Of a stretch of DNA of 64,000 nt, positions 46,314-56,174 are shown in pieces. The notes under the pieces are model-generated. The model saw only the letters and a program-made list of their open reading frames with translations. It had not been told where the DNA came from and did not search any database. The stretch's first letter is position 1. Every line of letters begins with the position of its first letter. The DNA lies in contig CAYOOP010000001.1 in assembly GCA_964405685.1 (NCBI GenBank), positions 270,922 through 334,921 of the forward strand. Reading direction: 5' to 3'. The translations under genes were made by a program, and so were the position numbers. This DNA is from an uncultured Rickettsiales bacterium. GTDB lineage: Bacteria > Pseudomonadota > Alphaproteobacteria > Rickettsiales > SXRF01.

Positions 46314-46964
46314 ATGTCTTTTAAAATCATTTTTTCTGCCGTTAAAAAAATAGCGTTGGCACCCGCTCAACTTCTCATCAAAACCCTGGAAAATTGGGAT
46401 TTAGAGGTCAATAAAATCTCTGCTTCTATCCTTCTTGCTGGCATCCTTGCGATGGCGGCCGGTTTAGTCGCCGAAGGGCTTTACGGCGGCAGTGAGCATG
46501 GAGCACACAAAGCAGAAACCAAGCGTGGCTACACCATTCCCGGCGCGGAAGCGTTTGCTTCCGGCGGCGGTGCAGCGGCACCCGCAGCTGAAGAGGGGCC
46601 GGTTGATATTGCACCGTTTTTGGCTACCGCAGATGCGGCGGCCGGTGCGGGCTTAATCAAACGTTGCACAGCATGCCACACCTTTGATAAAGGCGGTAAA
46701 CACGGCGTTGGTCCGAACAACTATAGCATTATTGGCAACCACCATGCGCACGCGTCTGACTTTGCCTATTCCGAGGCTCTCGCTGGCAACAAAGATAAAA
46801 AATGGGGCTTCCAAGAAATGTCTGACTTTTTAGCCAATCCGAAGAAATACTTGCCGGGCACCAAAATGGCCTTCGCTGGGATTAAAAACCCGCAAGAGCG
46901 CGCCAATTTGATTGCCTATATCAATAGCCAGAGCGACAGCCCACTTTCACTACCGAAAAAATAG
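46314..46964 (+). CDS. Membrane-anchored class I c-type cytochrome (CycM-like)
   Basis: N-terminal TM anchor, Ala/Gly-rich linker, heme site CTACH, and GTKMAFAG with the sixth-ligand Met. Confidence 0.82.
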   Translation: MSFKIIFSAVKKIALAPAQLLIKTLENWDLEVNKISASILLAGILAMAAGLVAEGLYGGSEHGAHKAETKRGYTIPGAEAFASGGGAAAPAAEEGPVDIAPFLATADAAAGAGLIKRCTACHTFDKGGKHGVGPNNYSIIGNHHAHASDFAYSEALAGNKDKKWGFQEMSDFLANPKKYLPGTKMAFAGIKNPQERANLIAYINSQSDSPLSLPKK

Positions 46965-46973
46965 GAGCGGCGC

Positions 46974-47438
46974 ATGAACATGCTGAGTCCCCCCTTCATT
47001 TGGTTGATTGTCGGGGTCGTTTGTGTCGCGCTTGAGGCGCTGGGTGTTTCCGGTGTTGGGTTTTTCTTTGCGGGGCTTGCTGCACTTTGCGTCGGCGTAT
47101 TAGTAGAGCTGGGCTTGATTGGGGTTGACGGCACGGTTATGCAACTGGCCGCGTTTTTCGGCCTTACAGCGATATGGACATTTTTACTCTGGGCACCCTT
47201 ACGCAAATTCCGCATGAACCTCGGCAAAAAAGAGCATGGTTATTCTAACATGATCGGCGACACCGCAATCGTCAGCGGCGCGGGTCTAAAACCGGGCATC
47301 ACGGGCGATGTCATCTGGTCCGGCACGGTGATGAAGGCAGAGCTTGCGCCAAGTGCGGGAGAGATTGAGGTTGCCGCAGGCAGCCAGGTGGTGATTGTAT
47401 CGGTACGCGGTGCTACGCTGATTGTTGAACCTAAGTAA
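46974..47438 (+). CDS. NfeD-family membrane protein
   Basis: Three N-terminal TM helices plus a C-terminal OB-like domain (G.TAIV...G.V...G....A......I..G..V.VV...G..L.V). Precedes an SPFH gene as in typical nfeD-SPFH operons. Confidence 0.75.
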   Translation: MNMLSPPFIWLIVGVVCVALEALGVSGVGFFFAGLAALCVGVLVELGLIGVDGTVMQLAAFFGLTAIWTFLLWAPLRKFRMNLGKKEHGYSNMIGDTAIVSGAGLKPGITGDVIWSGTVMKAELAPSAGEIEVAAGSQVVIVSVRGATLIVEPK

Positions 47439-47447
47439 GAGGATTAT

Positions 47448-48404
47448 ATGGATTTTTTCTCATTTCTGCTATTTGCCATTGCTATTCTCATCTTCATGGT
47501 GGTCTGGCGCGGGCTTAAGATTGTGCCGCAACAGGAAGCGTGGATTGTCCAATATTTAGGTAAATTCGAGCGCAAGCTGGAGCCGGGGCTTAACATCATC
47601 AATCCGTTTTTCGCCGAAGTGGCCTATAAGCATTCGTTGAAAGAAATGGCCGTGGAAGTGCCAGAACAAGCAGGTATTACGCGTGATAACGTGACGCTGG
47701 CGATGGATGGGATTATTTATGTGCGCATTGTTGATCCGGTTGCCGCATCCTATGGTGTGTCTGACCCAATCTTGGCCGTATCGCTACTCGCGCAAACCAC
47801 CATGCGTTCGGAAATCGGCAAGCTGACGCTCGATAAAACCTTCGAAGAACGCGAGACGTTAAACGCCAATATCGTGTCCGCCATCAACCAGGCTGCACAA
47901 ACATGGGGCATTCAGTGCATGCGCTATGAAATTAAAAACATCAACCCACCACAATCGGTGTTAAAAGCCATGGAATTGCAAATGGCGGCGGAGCGGCAAA
48001 AACGCGCGACGATTTTGGAATCCGAAGGCAAACAACAAGCGCAAATCAATGCCGCGCAAGGTGCCAAACAACAAATTGTACTGCAATCCGAAGCCGCGCA
48101 AACGGATCAAGAAAACCGCGCCAAGGGTGAAGCATCTGCCATTCTTGCTGTTGCCGAAGCGACCGCTAAAGGGATCGAATTGGTCGCCAGCTCCATCCAA
48201 AAAACGGGCGGTAGTGATGCGGTAGCGCTTAAAATTGCCGAACAATATGTCAGCGCCTTTAAGGAATTGGCGCGCACCTCGACCACCGTGCTGATGCCAG
48301 CCAATGTCGGGGATGCTGGCGGCATGGTGGCCCAAGCGCTCACCGTGTTTGATGCAATTAAAAACAAACAAGTCGCCCCCGGTCCGTGGCAAAAACCCGC
48401 TTAG
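47448..48404 (+). CDS. SPFH/Band 7 (stomatin/paraslipin-like) protein
   Basis: N-terminal anchor, IVPQQEAWIVQYLGKF, the TRDNV.L..DG..Y.RI.DP core and a coiled-coil A/Q-rich region. Confidence 0.88.
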   Translation: MDFFSFLLFAIAILIFMVVWRGLKIVPQQEAWIVQYLGKFERKLEPGLNIINPFFAEVAYKHSLKEMAVEVPEQAGITRDNVTLAMDGIIYVRIVDPVAASYGVSDPILAVSLLAQTTMRSEIGKLTLDKTFEERETLNANIVSAINQAAQTWGIQCMRYEIKNINPPQSVLKAMELQMAAERQKRATILESEGKQQAQINAAQGAKQQIVLQSEAAQTDQENRAKGEASAILAVAEATAKGIELVASSIQKTGGSDAVALKIAEQYVSAFKELARTSTTVLMPANVGDAGGMVAQALTVFDAIKNKQVAPGPWQKPA

Positions 48405-50164
48405 TCTTTGCGCTATTTCTTCTTTGGCCATCGCTTGGCTTTGCCGAATATCGCCACGCGCTCACACTGTACGAAGCACCGAAATACCCGCCGGGGTTTT
48501 CGCACTTCGAATACGTCAATCCCAATGCACCGAAACAGGGAAATGTAAAACTCGCCGAAAGCGGCACGTTTGATTCGCTGAACACTTTTATTTTGAAAGG
48601 TGTGAAAGCGCCGGGCCTGCTTATGACGGTGGAAACGCTGATGGCACCCGCGCAGGATGAGCCGCAATCCTACTACGGGTGGGTGGCTGAAGCGGTGAAT
48701 ATCGGCGAGGGCGGCAAGACCATTGCCTTTCGCATGCGCCCCGAAGCGCGCTGGCAGGATGGCAAACCGATTATGCCTGAGGATATTATTTTCTCACTTA
48801 ATACGCTTAAGACCAAAGGCGATCCGACCTATGCGCTGCTATACAAAGACGTGGCAGATGTCAAACAGACCGGCGCGCATGAGGTGACGTTTTATTTAAG
48901 CAGTGCGAACCATGATCTCTATTTCTTCGTAGCCCAAATGCCGATTTTGCCGAAGCATTATTACGAAACGCATGATTTTGAAAAAACCACGCTGGAGCCG
49001 CCACTCGCGAGTGGCCCGTACCGTATTAAAAGTGTCGACCCGGGCCGCTCGATTGTTTACGAGCGCGTGAAGGATTACTGGGCGAAAGATTTGCCGGCAC
49101 TCATCGGCCAGTATAATTTCGATGAAATTCGCTACGATATGTACCGCGACGAAAACGTTGCGCTCGAAGCGTTTAAGGCCGGGGAATATGATTTCCGGCA
49201 GGAATTCGTGGCTCGCAATTGGGCACGTGCCTATGAATCGCCGGCGTTGAAAGAGGGAAAGTTTATCAAGCGCAAGGTGGATCACTCGATCCCGCAAGGC
49301 ATGCAGGCCTTTGTGTTTAATGTGCGCAAGCCTCAGTTTAAAGATCGCCGCGTGCGTGAGGCGGTGGCATTGGCGATGGATTTTGAGTGGCTCAACAAAA
49401 ACCTCTTTTTTGATGCCTACGCGCGCAACACCAGTTTTTTTAAAGCGACACCATTTGAATCCAAAGGACTTCCAGGCAAAGATGAGCTTGCGATTTTGGA
49501 GCCGTATAAACAAGATCTGCCCGAGCAGCTATTCACCGAACCGTTTACGCTTCCAGTCAATGATGGCTCCGGCAATACGCGCGCGAATTTGCTCAAAGCC
49601 CAGGCGTTGCTGAATGAAGCAGGATGGAAGGTGAAAGACGGCAAGCGTGTGGACCCGGAAACCGGCAAGCCGATGGCAATTGAGTTTATGCTCCGACAAC
49701 CGACCATGGAGCGTGTGCTGGGCGCTATGCGCAAAAATCTGGAGCGTTTGGGCATCACCTCCAGCGTTCGCCGAATTGACGACGCGCAGTACCAAAAACG
49801 CACCGACAATTTCGATTTCGACATCGTCTCCATCTGGGTGAACCAAGGTGTGTTTTACCCCGGCAACGAGCAAATGTTGCTGTGGCACTCCTCCCAAGCG
49901 GATATTAAGGGTAGCAATAACTTGAGCGGACTTAAAAACCCGGCCGTGGATGCGGCGCTACAAGCGCTGATAGATGCTAAAAATATCAATAACTTAACTG
50001 CAGCTGGGCGGACGCTTGACCGGGCGCTTTTATGGGAATGGGTGGTGATTCCCAACTGGCATTCCCAGAATTTCCGCATCGCCTATTGGGATAAATTCGG
50101 CCAACCGGTCGTTTCGCCAAAATATGCGATCGGATTTCAAACTTGGTGGCTGAAGCAGCCCTGA
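48386..50164 (+). CDS. Family 5 extracellular solute-binding protein, YejA-like
   Basis: 592 aa with a signal peptide. The LYEAPKYPPGFSHFEYVNPNAPKQG start is typical of YejA-type binding proteins. GTG start overlaps the SPFH gene end. Confidence 0.83.
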   Translation: MAKTRLVFALFLLWPSLGFAEYRHALTLYEAPKYPPGFSHFEYVNPNAPKQGNVKLAESGTFDSLNTFILKGVKAPGLLMTVETLMAPAQDEPQSYYGWVAEAVNIGEGGKTIAFRMRPEARWQDGKPIMPEDIIFSLNTLKTKGDPTYALLYKDVADVKQTGAHEVTFYLSSANHDLYFFVAQMPILPKHYYETHDFEKTTLEPPLASGPYRIKSVDPGRSIVYERVKDYWAKDLPALIGQYNFDEIRYDMYRDENVALEAFKAGEYDFRQEFVARNWARAYESPALKEGKFIKRKVDHSIPQGMQAFVFNVRKPQFKDRRVREAVALAMDFEWLNKNLFFDAYARNTSFFKATPFESKGLPGKDELAILEPYKQDLPEQLFTEPFTLPVNDGSGNTRANLLKAQALLNEAGWKVKDGKRVDPETGKPMAIEFMLRQPTMERVLGAMRKNLERLGITSSVRRIDDAQYQKRTDNFDFDIVSIWVNQGVFYPGNEQMLLWHSSQADIKGSNNLSGLKNPAVDAALQALIDAKNINNLTAAGRTLDRALLWEWVVIPNWHSQNFRIAYWDKFGQPVVSPKYAIGFQTWWLKQP

Positions 50165-50228
50165 ACTTGAATTACCCCCGTGATTTCCTGCTGGATTTGA
50201 ATAACATAGGGTAGTAGATTCCCGCGCT

Positions 50229-50879
50229 ATGACCTTGATTTTTGCACTCCCTAAAGGCCGCATTGGTGAAGAACTCGTACCGCTTTTTAAGCGCTTCGGC
50301 GTTGAACCGGAACCCGCCTTTTTTGCGAGTGACGACCGGGCGCTTGAATTCGCAACGAACAATCCGAACATTCGCCTCGTGCGTGTGCGCTCGTTCGATG
50401 TGCCCAGCTTTGTTGCTCATGGCGCAGCGCAAGTGGGCGTGGCAGGGAGCGACGTGCTTTCCGAATTCAGCTATGGCGAGCTTTATGCGCCGCTCGATCT
50501 TGGTATTGGCAAATGCCGCTTGTCGCTCGCCGCGAAAAAGGGCGAGGTGCTGGAGCCGTTGGAGCGCATGAGTCACGTAAAAATCGCCACCAAATACCCT
50601 AACATCACCAGCCGCTTGTTTGCCGCACGCGGCATTCAGGCCGAATGCATCAAGCTTTCCGGCGCCATGGAGCTTGCGCCCAAGCTTGGTCTTGCACCGT
50701 ATATCGTTGATCTGGTTTCCACCGGTTCGACACTCAAAGCCAACGGATTAGAAGAGCGCGAAGTGCTGATGGAAGTATCCTCCAAACTCATTATTAATCG
50801 CACCGCATTTAAAACGCGCGGGAGCGAATTGCAACCGCTGCTTGCCGCATTTACGGAGGCCGTCGGTGCAAAGGCTTAA
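50229..50879 (+). CDS. hisG: ATP phosphoribosyltransferase, short form
   Basis: LIFALPKGRI..E, GVAGSDVL and DLVSTGSTLKANGL motifs. 216 aa (HisZ-dependent type). Confidence 0.92.
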   Translation: MTLIFALPKGRIGEELVPLFKRFGVEPEPAFFASDDRALEFATNNPNIRLVRVRSFDVPSFVAHGAAQVGVAGSDVLSEFSYGELYAPLDLGIGKCRLSLAAKKGEVLEPLERMSHVKIATKYPNITSRLFAARGIQAECIKLSGAMELAPKLGLAPYIVDLVSTGSTLKANGLEEREVLMEVSSKLIINRTAFKTRGSELQPLLAAFTEAVGAKA

Positions 50880-52155
50880 GTCATCTGCCACCGATTTTAG
50901 TGCCAAGCTAAAGGCGCTGCTTGCGACTCGCAGTGCGGATACGAGCAGCGTCACAGATACGGTGCGCGAGGTGATTGCCGATGTGCGCGCACGTGGGGAT
51001 ACGGCGTTACTGCACTATACCAAACAATGGGATAAGCTTGATACAAACGCGGCAAGTTTGCGTGTGAGCGCAAGTGCATTAAACGATGCCGTTAAGCAAA
51101 CCTCTCCGGCCTTGCGCAAGGCGCTCGAAACGGCAGCCGCGCGGATTGAGGTCTATAGCAAAACGCAGCTCCCTGCAGATCATCAAACCCAAGACGAACT
51201 GGGAAACATGCTCGGTTGGCGCTGGAGTGCGATTGCAAGCGCGGGGCTCTATGTGCCCGGTGGCAAGGCTTCGTATCCTTCTTCCGTGCTGATGAACGCA
51301 GTGCCTGCGAAAGTGGCGGGAGTGAAGCGCTTGGTCGCCGTCGTGCCTGCGCCGGAGGGGGTGCTGAATCCTGTCGTTCTCACGGCGTGCGTGGTTGCTG
51401 GTATTGATGAGATTTATACCATCGGTGGTGCGCAAGCGATCGCCGCACTTGCTTATGGTACTGAAACGATTGCGCCCGTGGATAAAATCGTAGGCCCTGG
51501 CAATGCGTATGTGGCGGAAGCCAAGCGGCAGGTGTTTGGCACGGTCGGGATTGATATGATCGCCGGGCCTTCCGAGGTTCTGGTGGCGGCGGATGCTTCG
51601 CAAAATCCCAAGCACATCGCCGCGGATTTACTTTCGCAAGCCGAACACGATGAGTTGGCGCAGGCGATTTTGATTACCGATAGTGCGGCACTCGCAGATG
51701 CGGTGGAAAAAGAAGTGGCAGTGCTGCTTGAAACCCTCCCGCGCAAAACGATCGCCGGAGCCTCGTGGAGAGATTTTGGTGCTGTGATTGTCGTGCCTGC
51801 GCTGGCAGAGGCTGCAGCCATTATCAACACCATCGCCCCGGAACATTTGGAATTGATGGTAGAAAAACCGGCAACACTGCTACCGCACATTAGGCACGCG
51901 GGTGCGATTTTCATTGGCGGCTATACGCCCGAAGCGGTTGGCGATTACATCGCCGGGCCTTCGCATGTGCTGCCTACGTCGCAAACGGCACGCTTTGCCT
52001 CGGGCCTTAGCGTGTTTGATTTTTTAAAACGCACTTCGCTGATTGGCTGCAGCAAGGCCGGGTTTGAAGCTTTGGCAGGCGATGCCATCCAGCTTGCCGA
52101 TAGCGAAGGGTTGACTGCCCATGCGCTCTCGATGCGTCTAAGGCAAGCACCATGA
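50866..52155 (+). CDS. hisD: Histidinol dehydrogenase
   Basis: GLYVPGGKASYPSSVLM, GPGNAYVAEAKR, QAEHDE and the GDY.AGPSHVLPT motif. I chose GTG 50866 (ORF extends to 50842). Confidence 0.95.
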   Translation: MQRLKSSATDFSAKLKALLATRSADTSSVTDTVREVIADVRARGDTALLHYTKQWDKLDTNAASLRVSASALNDAVKQTSPALRKALETAAARIEVYSKTQLPADHQTQDELGNMLGWRWSAIASAGLYVPGGKASYPSSVLMNAVPAKVAGVKRLVAVVPAPEGVLNPVVLTACVVAGIDEIYTIGGAQAIAALAYGTETIAPVDKIVGPGNAYVAEAKRQVFGTVGIDMIAGPSEVLVAADASQNPKHIAADLLSQAEHDELAQAILITDSAALADAVEKEVAVLLETLPRKTIAGASWRDFGAVIVVPALAEAAAIINTIAPEHLELMVEKPATLLPHIRHAGAIFIGGYTPEAVGDYIAGPSHVLPTSQTARFASGLSVFDFLKRTSLIGCSKAGFEALAGDAIQLADSEGLTAHALSMRLRQAP

Positions 52156-52613
52156 CGGGGAGTATTCGCACCATCACCTTGGATGAAGCGAGCGCGCCGA
52201 CGCGTAACAACGACTATGCACATGAGGTCAAAGTCGCCATCAACGACCTGTTGCATGAGCATGAATTTAAGCCTGTGGGGCTGGATAAGCCGCCGTATGA
52301 TATTGTGCTAAAAACCGAGGAGCAGCGCTTGGTGTTTTTGATTACCTCTGCGGGCAGTAATCACACCAGTAGGGTTGTCCTTTCCATTCAGCCGCTCAAG
52401 CGACTGATTCGCGATTATTTTATTGTCTGCGAAAGTTATTTCGAGGCGCTGAAAAATAGCGACACGCGAAAATTGGAAGCGATCGACATGGGCCGGCGCG
52501 GGCTTCACAACGAGGGTTCAGAGCAATTGCAAGAGATGCTAAAAGGAAAAATCGATGTCGATTTTTGTACGGCTCGGCGACTTTTTACGCTGATAGCCGT
52601 GTTGCATCTTTAG
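52152..52613 (+). CDS. UPF0262-family protein
   Basis: EVKVAINDLLHEHEFKPVG...PYDIVLKTEEQRLVFLI resembles the UPF0262 pattern. The position after hisD is conserved in Alphaproteobacteria as I recall. Confidence 0.72.
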   Translation: MTGSIRTITLDEASAPTRNNDYAHEVKVAINDLLHEHEFKPVGLDKPPYDIVLKTEEQRLVFLITSAGSNHTSRVVLSIQPLKRLIRDYFIVCESYFEALKNSDTRKLEAIDMGRRGLHNEGSEQLQEMLKGKIDVDFCTARRLFTLIAVLHL

Positions 52614-53908
52614 AGCGGTAATTGAATAACCACGCGCAAGCCACCCTTGGCGCTTTCACCCAATGTTATGTCACCGCCGTGGGAGCGAACGATGTCGCGG
52701 GCGATGGTAAGGCCTAAGCCTACGCCGCCGGCGTTCAAGTTGCGGGCTTGATCCATGCGCGTGAAGGGGCGGAAGACGTCTTCTCGCATGGTTTCGGGAA
52801 TGCCGGGGCCTTCATCGTCAATCCACATTTCAAGGCGCGATGGGGTGGTAAGCCGTGCGGAAACGGTGCAATCCTTGCCGTAGCGCAGGGCATTGCTGAT
52901 CACATTCGTTAGCGCGCGCTTGATCGCCTGTTCGCGCACGGTGAGGTTGACCTCGGGCATAGATTCTAACGTCACATGCTCTTTCGCGCGCGCAAAGGCG
53001 GCAACGACCGATTGCATCAAGTCACTGAAGGGAAGAATGCTGGTCTCTTCGCCGTGCCCTTCCTTGGTATAGTCAAGATAAGCATTCACCATGGCTTCCA
53101 TTTGCTCAATGTCCTCGTGCAAGCCTTGCTGTTCTTTGCCCTCGGGCAACAGCGCCAATTGCAATTTCATGCGCGTCAGCGGCGTGCGCAGATCATGGCT
53201 GATGCCATCGAGCATTTGCATGCGCGTGCGAATCTGGCGCTCGATGCGTTCGCGCATGCCCAAAAAAGCGCGTCCGGCGCGGCGGACTTCGGAAGCGCCG
53301 GAAGGTTTAAACAACGAGCTATCCTGCCCGCGCCCGAATTTTTCGGAGGCTTCGGCGAGTTCGCGAATCGGACGCACTTGGTTGCGCAAAAATTGCAGCG
53401 CGACTAATAAAAAGAACAGGGAAGAGCCCAGCGACCACCACAGGAAAATATCTACCGTTTGGGATTCCAAACGTTTGGGTGTGGTTGAAAATTTTAGCAC
53501 GCCGTCTTTGAATTGCACGAGGATGATCAGCGTATCGGCATCCTGAAAATAAAGCTGCGAAGGCTGGGCAATGCGGCGGGAAAGATCACGCTGAAAGACT
53601 TTGAAACGCTTGGACTTAGGGTAATCTTTCAGGGTTTTGCCGTAGACAAATTGGGTGGCGATTTGGGTGTTGGTTGCAAACTGGCTGGCCACCTCTTCCT
53701 TCGGCAAACGGCTATTTTCGCCGATCAATTCGCTCAAGAAAGCAATTTCGCCTACCAGCGAGGTGCGCATGTATTTGCTGACGCTGTCGACATGCCGATC
53801 AAAAAACACATAGACGGTGGTGAGCTGCACGAGCACAAGCGGCAGCGCTACGATCAGCAGTCCGCGCCAAAACAGGCTTTTGGGCATGATGCGCTTCAAC
53901 CATTTCAT
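52610..53908 (-). CDS. Two-component sensor histidine kinase (EnvZ-like)
   Basis: Two TM segments, a HAMP-like region, H-box SHDLRTPLTRM, N-box ISNALRY and G-boxes DDEGPGI / GGVGLGL. Confidence 0.88.
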   Translation of the reverse strand: MKWLKRIMPKSLFWRGLLIVALPLVLVQLTTVYVFFDRHVDSVSKYMRTSLVGEIAFLSELIGENSRLPKEEVASQFATNTQIATQFVYGKTLKDYPKSKRFKVFQRDLSRRIAQPSQLYFQDADTLIILVQFKDGVLKFSTTPKRLESQTVDIFLWWSLGSSLFFLLVALQFLRNQVRPIRELAEASEKFGRGQDSSLFKPSGASEVRRAGRAFLGMRERIERQIRTRMQMLDGISHDLRTPLTRMKLQLALLPEGKEQQGLHEDIEQMEAMVNAYLDYTKEGHGEETSILPFSDLMQSVVAAFARAKEHVTLESMPEVNLTVREQAIKRALTNVISNALRYGKDCTVSARLTTPSRLEMWIDDEGPGIPETMREDVFRPFTRMDQARNLNAGGVGLGLTIARDIVRSHGGDITLGESAKGGLRVVIQLPL

Positions 53909-54585
53909 GGATAAAGCCCATAGCCCGCGCCGCGCACGGTTTGAATGAAAACGGGTTGCGATTGCTGTTCAATTTTTTTGCGTAGCCGCGTAATTTGTAC
54001 ATCCACGCTGCGTTCGCTCCCAAGCGATGCAAGCTCAGCCAGTTCCGCGCGACTTACCGCCTGACCCGCATGTTCGGCCAGAATTTTAAGCAACGTTGCC
54101 TCGGTGGAGGTGAGGTAAATGGGGGCACCTTCTAATTGCAGTTGGTGGTTTTTCAAATCGAATTGATACGAGCCAAAGGTCAGATGTTGTTTGGATGTGT
54201 TTAATGCCTGCGCGCGTTTTAATATGGCACGGATGCGAAGGATAAGTTCTTTGGGTTCGAACGGCTTGGTAAGGTAGTCATCGACCCCCGCCTCCAGGCC
54301 ATTGATACGATCCTCAGGCTCTGAGCGTGCGGACAGCATGAGAATGGGCAGCATGGGTTTGGTGAGGCTACCCGCAAATTCCAGGCCGGATTCACCGGGA
54401 ATCATCACATCAAGCACTATCAAGTCGAACGCAAACAGGGACATCAAATAGCGCGCGTCGTTCGTGCTTGCCGCGGTGCTCACGGCATAGTCATGATCGT
54501 GCAAAAAGCGTTTCAGCAAATCGCGCAGGCGATCATCGTCATCGACCACCAAAATGTGGGCTTCCATGGTTTCAGGCGTAAGCAT
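53905..54585 (-). CDS. OmpR-family response regulator
   Basis: Receiver (VVDDD...DLIVLDVMIPG...KPF) plus a winged-helix output domain (LTSTEATLLKILA...VDVQITRLRKKIE...IQTVRGAGY). Confidence 0.93.
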   Translation of the reverse strand: MLTPETMEAHILVVDDDDRLRDLLKRFLHDHDYAVSTAASTNDARYLMSLFAFDLIVLDVMIPGESGLEFAGSLTKPMLPILMLSARSEPEDRINGLEAGVDDYLTKPFEPKELILRIRAILKRAQALNTSKQHLTFGSYQFDLKNHQLQLEGAPIYLTSTEATLLKILAEHAGQAVSRAELAELASLGSERSVDVQITRLRKKIEQQSQPVFIQTVRGAGYGLYP

Positions 54586-54589
54586 CCCG

Positions 54590-55087
54590 CTATCCTAGCG
54601 ATTTCTTCTTCAGCAGCAAGGTAAAGGCGCCGGTGCCGCCTTGGGCTTGCTGGGCATAGGCAAACGCCAGAATATGCGGGCGAATTTCAGGCAGATTAAG
54701 CCAGCCTGGCAAGGCCTTTTTAAGCACGCCGCCCGCGCCATCGCGCCCCTTGCCGGTCACAATCAGCGCCACACGTAACCCCCGGGTTTGGGCGCACGCT
54801 AAGGTTTTGGTAAGCGCAGCGAAGGCTTCTTCCTGCGTCATGCCATGGAGATCAAGCGTTGCTTCAATCGGTAGCTCGCCGCGTTTTAGTTTCTTTGCTT
54901 TGCCCGCATCGACTCCTGAAAATTCCCCGCATTGAAGCAACGGTAGATGGGTGGAGGGTTGATAGGAAAGCCTCGGTTCGCCAATCGGAGCGGTGCGTTT
55001 GTTCAGGGGTCTTGGTTTAGTGACATGGCGGGGCTTGGCGCGGAGTTTGCGCACATTTTTTGTTTCTTTTTCCCAATCGTCACTCAT
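54590..55087 (-). CDS. Smr-domain protein
   Basis: LDLHGMTQEEA......G.R.ALIVTGKG....GVLK..LP.WL is the Smr/MutS2 C-terminal domain. I chose the internal start at 55087. Confidence 0.8.
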   Translation of the reverse strand: MSDDWEKETKNVRKLRAKPRHVTKPRPLNKRTAPIGEPRLSYQPSTHLPLLQCGEFSGVDAGKAKKLKRGELPIEATLDLHGMTQEEAFAALTKTLACAQTRGLRVALIVTGKGRDGAGGVLKKALPGWLNLPEIRPHILAFAYAQQAQGGTGAFTLLLKKKSLG

Positions 55088-56174
55088 CGTTTGGCAGGCT
55101 GTCTTTGATTTCTTCGTAGACGGGTTTGGGAATAAGTAAAGTATAACGTCCACGCTGTTTCATATTTCCCGCTTTGCGCTCAGCGCTCGAGCCTTTGCCG
55201 AAATAAACATCGCCCCGCACAGGCCCACGAATGGCACCGCCCGTATCTTGTGCGATCATCAGCTGGTGGAAATTGCGTGGTGCGTCCATCACCGTTTCGG
55301 GCAATTCCGTATCGAGGTAAAGCGGCATGCCGTAGGGAATGAAGCGCGTGTCGATGGCAAGTGAACGTTCGTCGGCGAGTCCCACGCCCTGCCCCCCGCG
55401 AATGACATCGTCCGCTAAGTGTTTGAAGAATACGAACGACGGGTTAGCTTCCATCACACCACGTGCTTCGTCCGGGTGATCGTAAAGCCATTGTTTGATG
55501 GTCCCAAGCGTTACGCTGTCTATCAGGTTTTGCTCCGCCATCACCCGGCCGATTGGAATAAATGCCCGGTTGTTTTTGCCGGCGTATCCGATCGTAAAGA
55601 TCGAGCCGTCTTGCAGCCGCAACATGCCGGAGCCTTGAATTTCGATGAAGAAGAGGGCAATTGGGTCATCCACCCAGGCAATTACTTTGGCTTTATCTTT
55701 AAGCGCACCACCATTGATTTCGGCGCGCGTGTAATAGGGCTCGGTGGTTAAATCCTCCGGTACGCCGTAGACTGGAGTGGTGAATGCACCCGTGCGGGTG
55801 AGCGAACCGCGGGTTTCAGGAATATAGTAGCCGGTAAACAAACCTTCGGCCGTGCCATTGTTGGTGGCAAGGTAAGGCACGAACTCGGTTTTGAAAAACG
55901 CTTTTGCGGGTGCAGGTATGAGCGGTACGTCGAGCGCTTTTGTGCAGCTTTCTTTCCAGGCTTTTGCCGAAGTGGCAATGGGTGGTTTGCCAATCACCCC
56001 ATCATCGGCACGTTTGAGTATCGCCTCGCAGGAATTGAGGTAGACGCTTAAAGCCGCCACGTGGTCTTCCACATCGAAATCGCTTAGGGAGTCAAACTTG
56101 GCGGGTTTTAGTACCAACGCATCGCCGCAGGCGGTAAGCGCAAGCAGCAGTAAGAGGGGTGCCCACTGTCTCAT
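55080..56174 (-). CDS. mltA: Membrane-bound lytic murein transglycosylase A
   Basis: Lipoprotein signal LLLLALTACG, then FFIEIQGSG.L.L.DGS, IAIDTRFIPYG.PL and GGAIRGP.R.D.YFG (3D domain). Confidence 0.88.
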   Translation of the reverse strand: MRQWAPLLLLLALTACGDALVLKPAKFDSLSDFDVEDHVAALSVYLNSCEAILKRADDGVIGKPPIATSAKAWKESCTKALDVPLIPAPAKAFFKTEFVPYLATNNGTAEGLFTGYYIPETRGSLTRTGAFTTPVYGVPEDLTTEPYYTRAEINGGALKDKAKVIAWVDDPIALFFIEIQGSGMLRLQDGSIFTIGYAGKNNRAFIPIGRVMAEQNLIDSVTLGTIKQWLYDHPDEARGVMEANPSFVFFKHLADDVIRGGQGVGLADERSLAIDTRFIPYGMPLYLDTELPETVMDAPRNFHQLMIAQDTGGAIRGPVRGDVYFGKGSSAERKAGNMKQRGRYTLLIPKPVYEEIKDSLPNDE

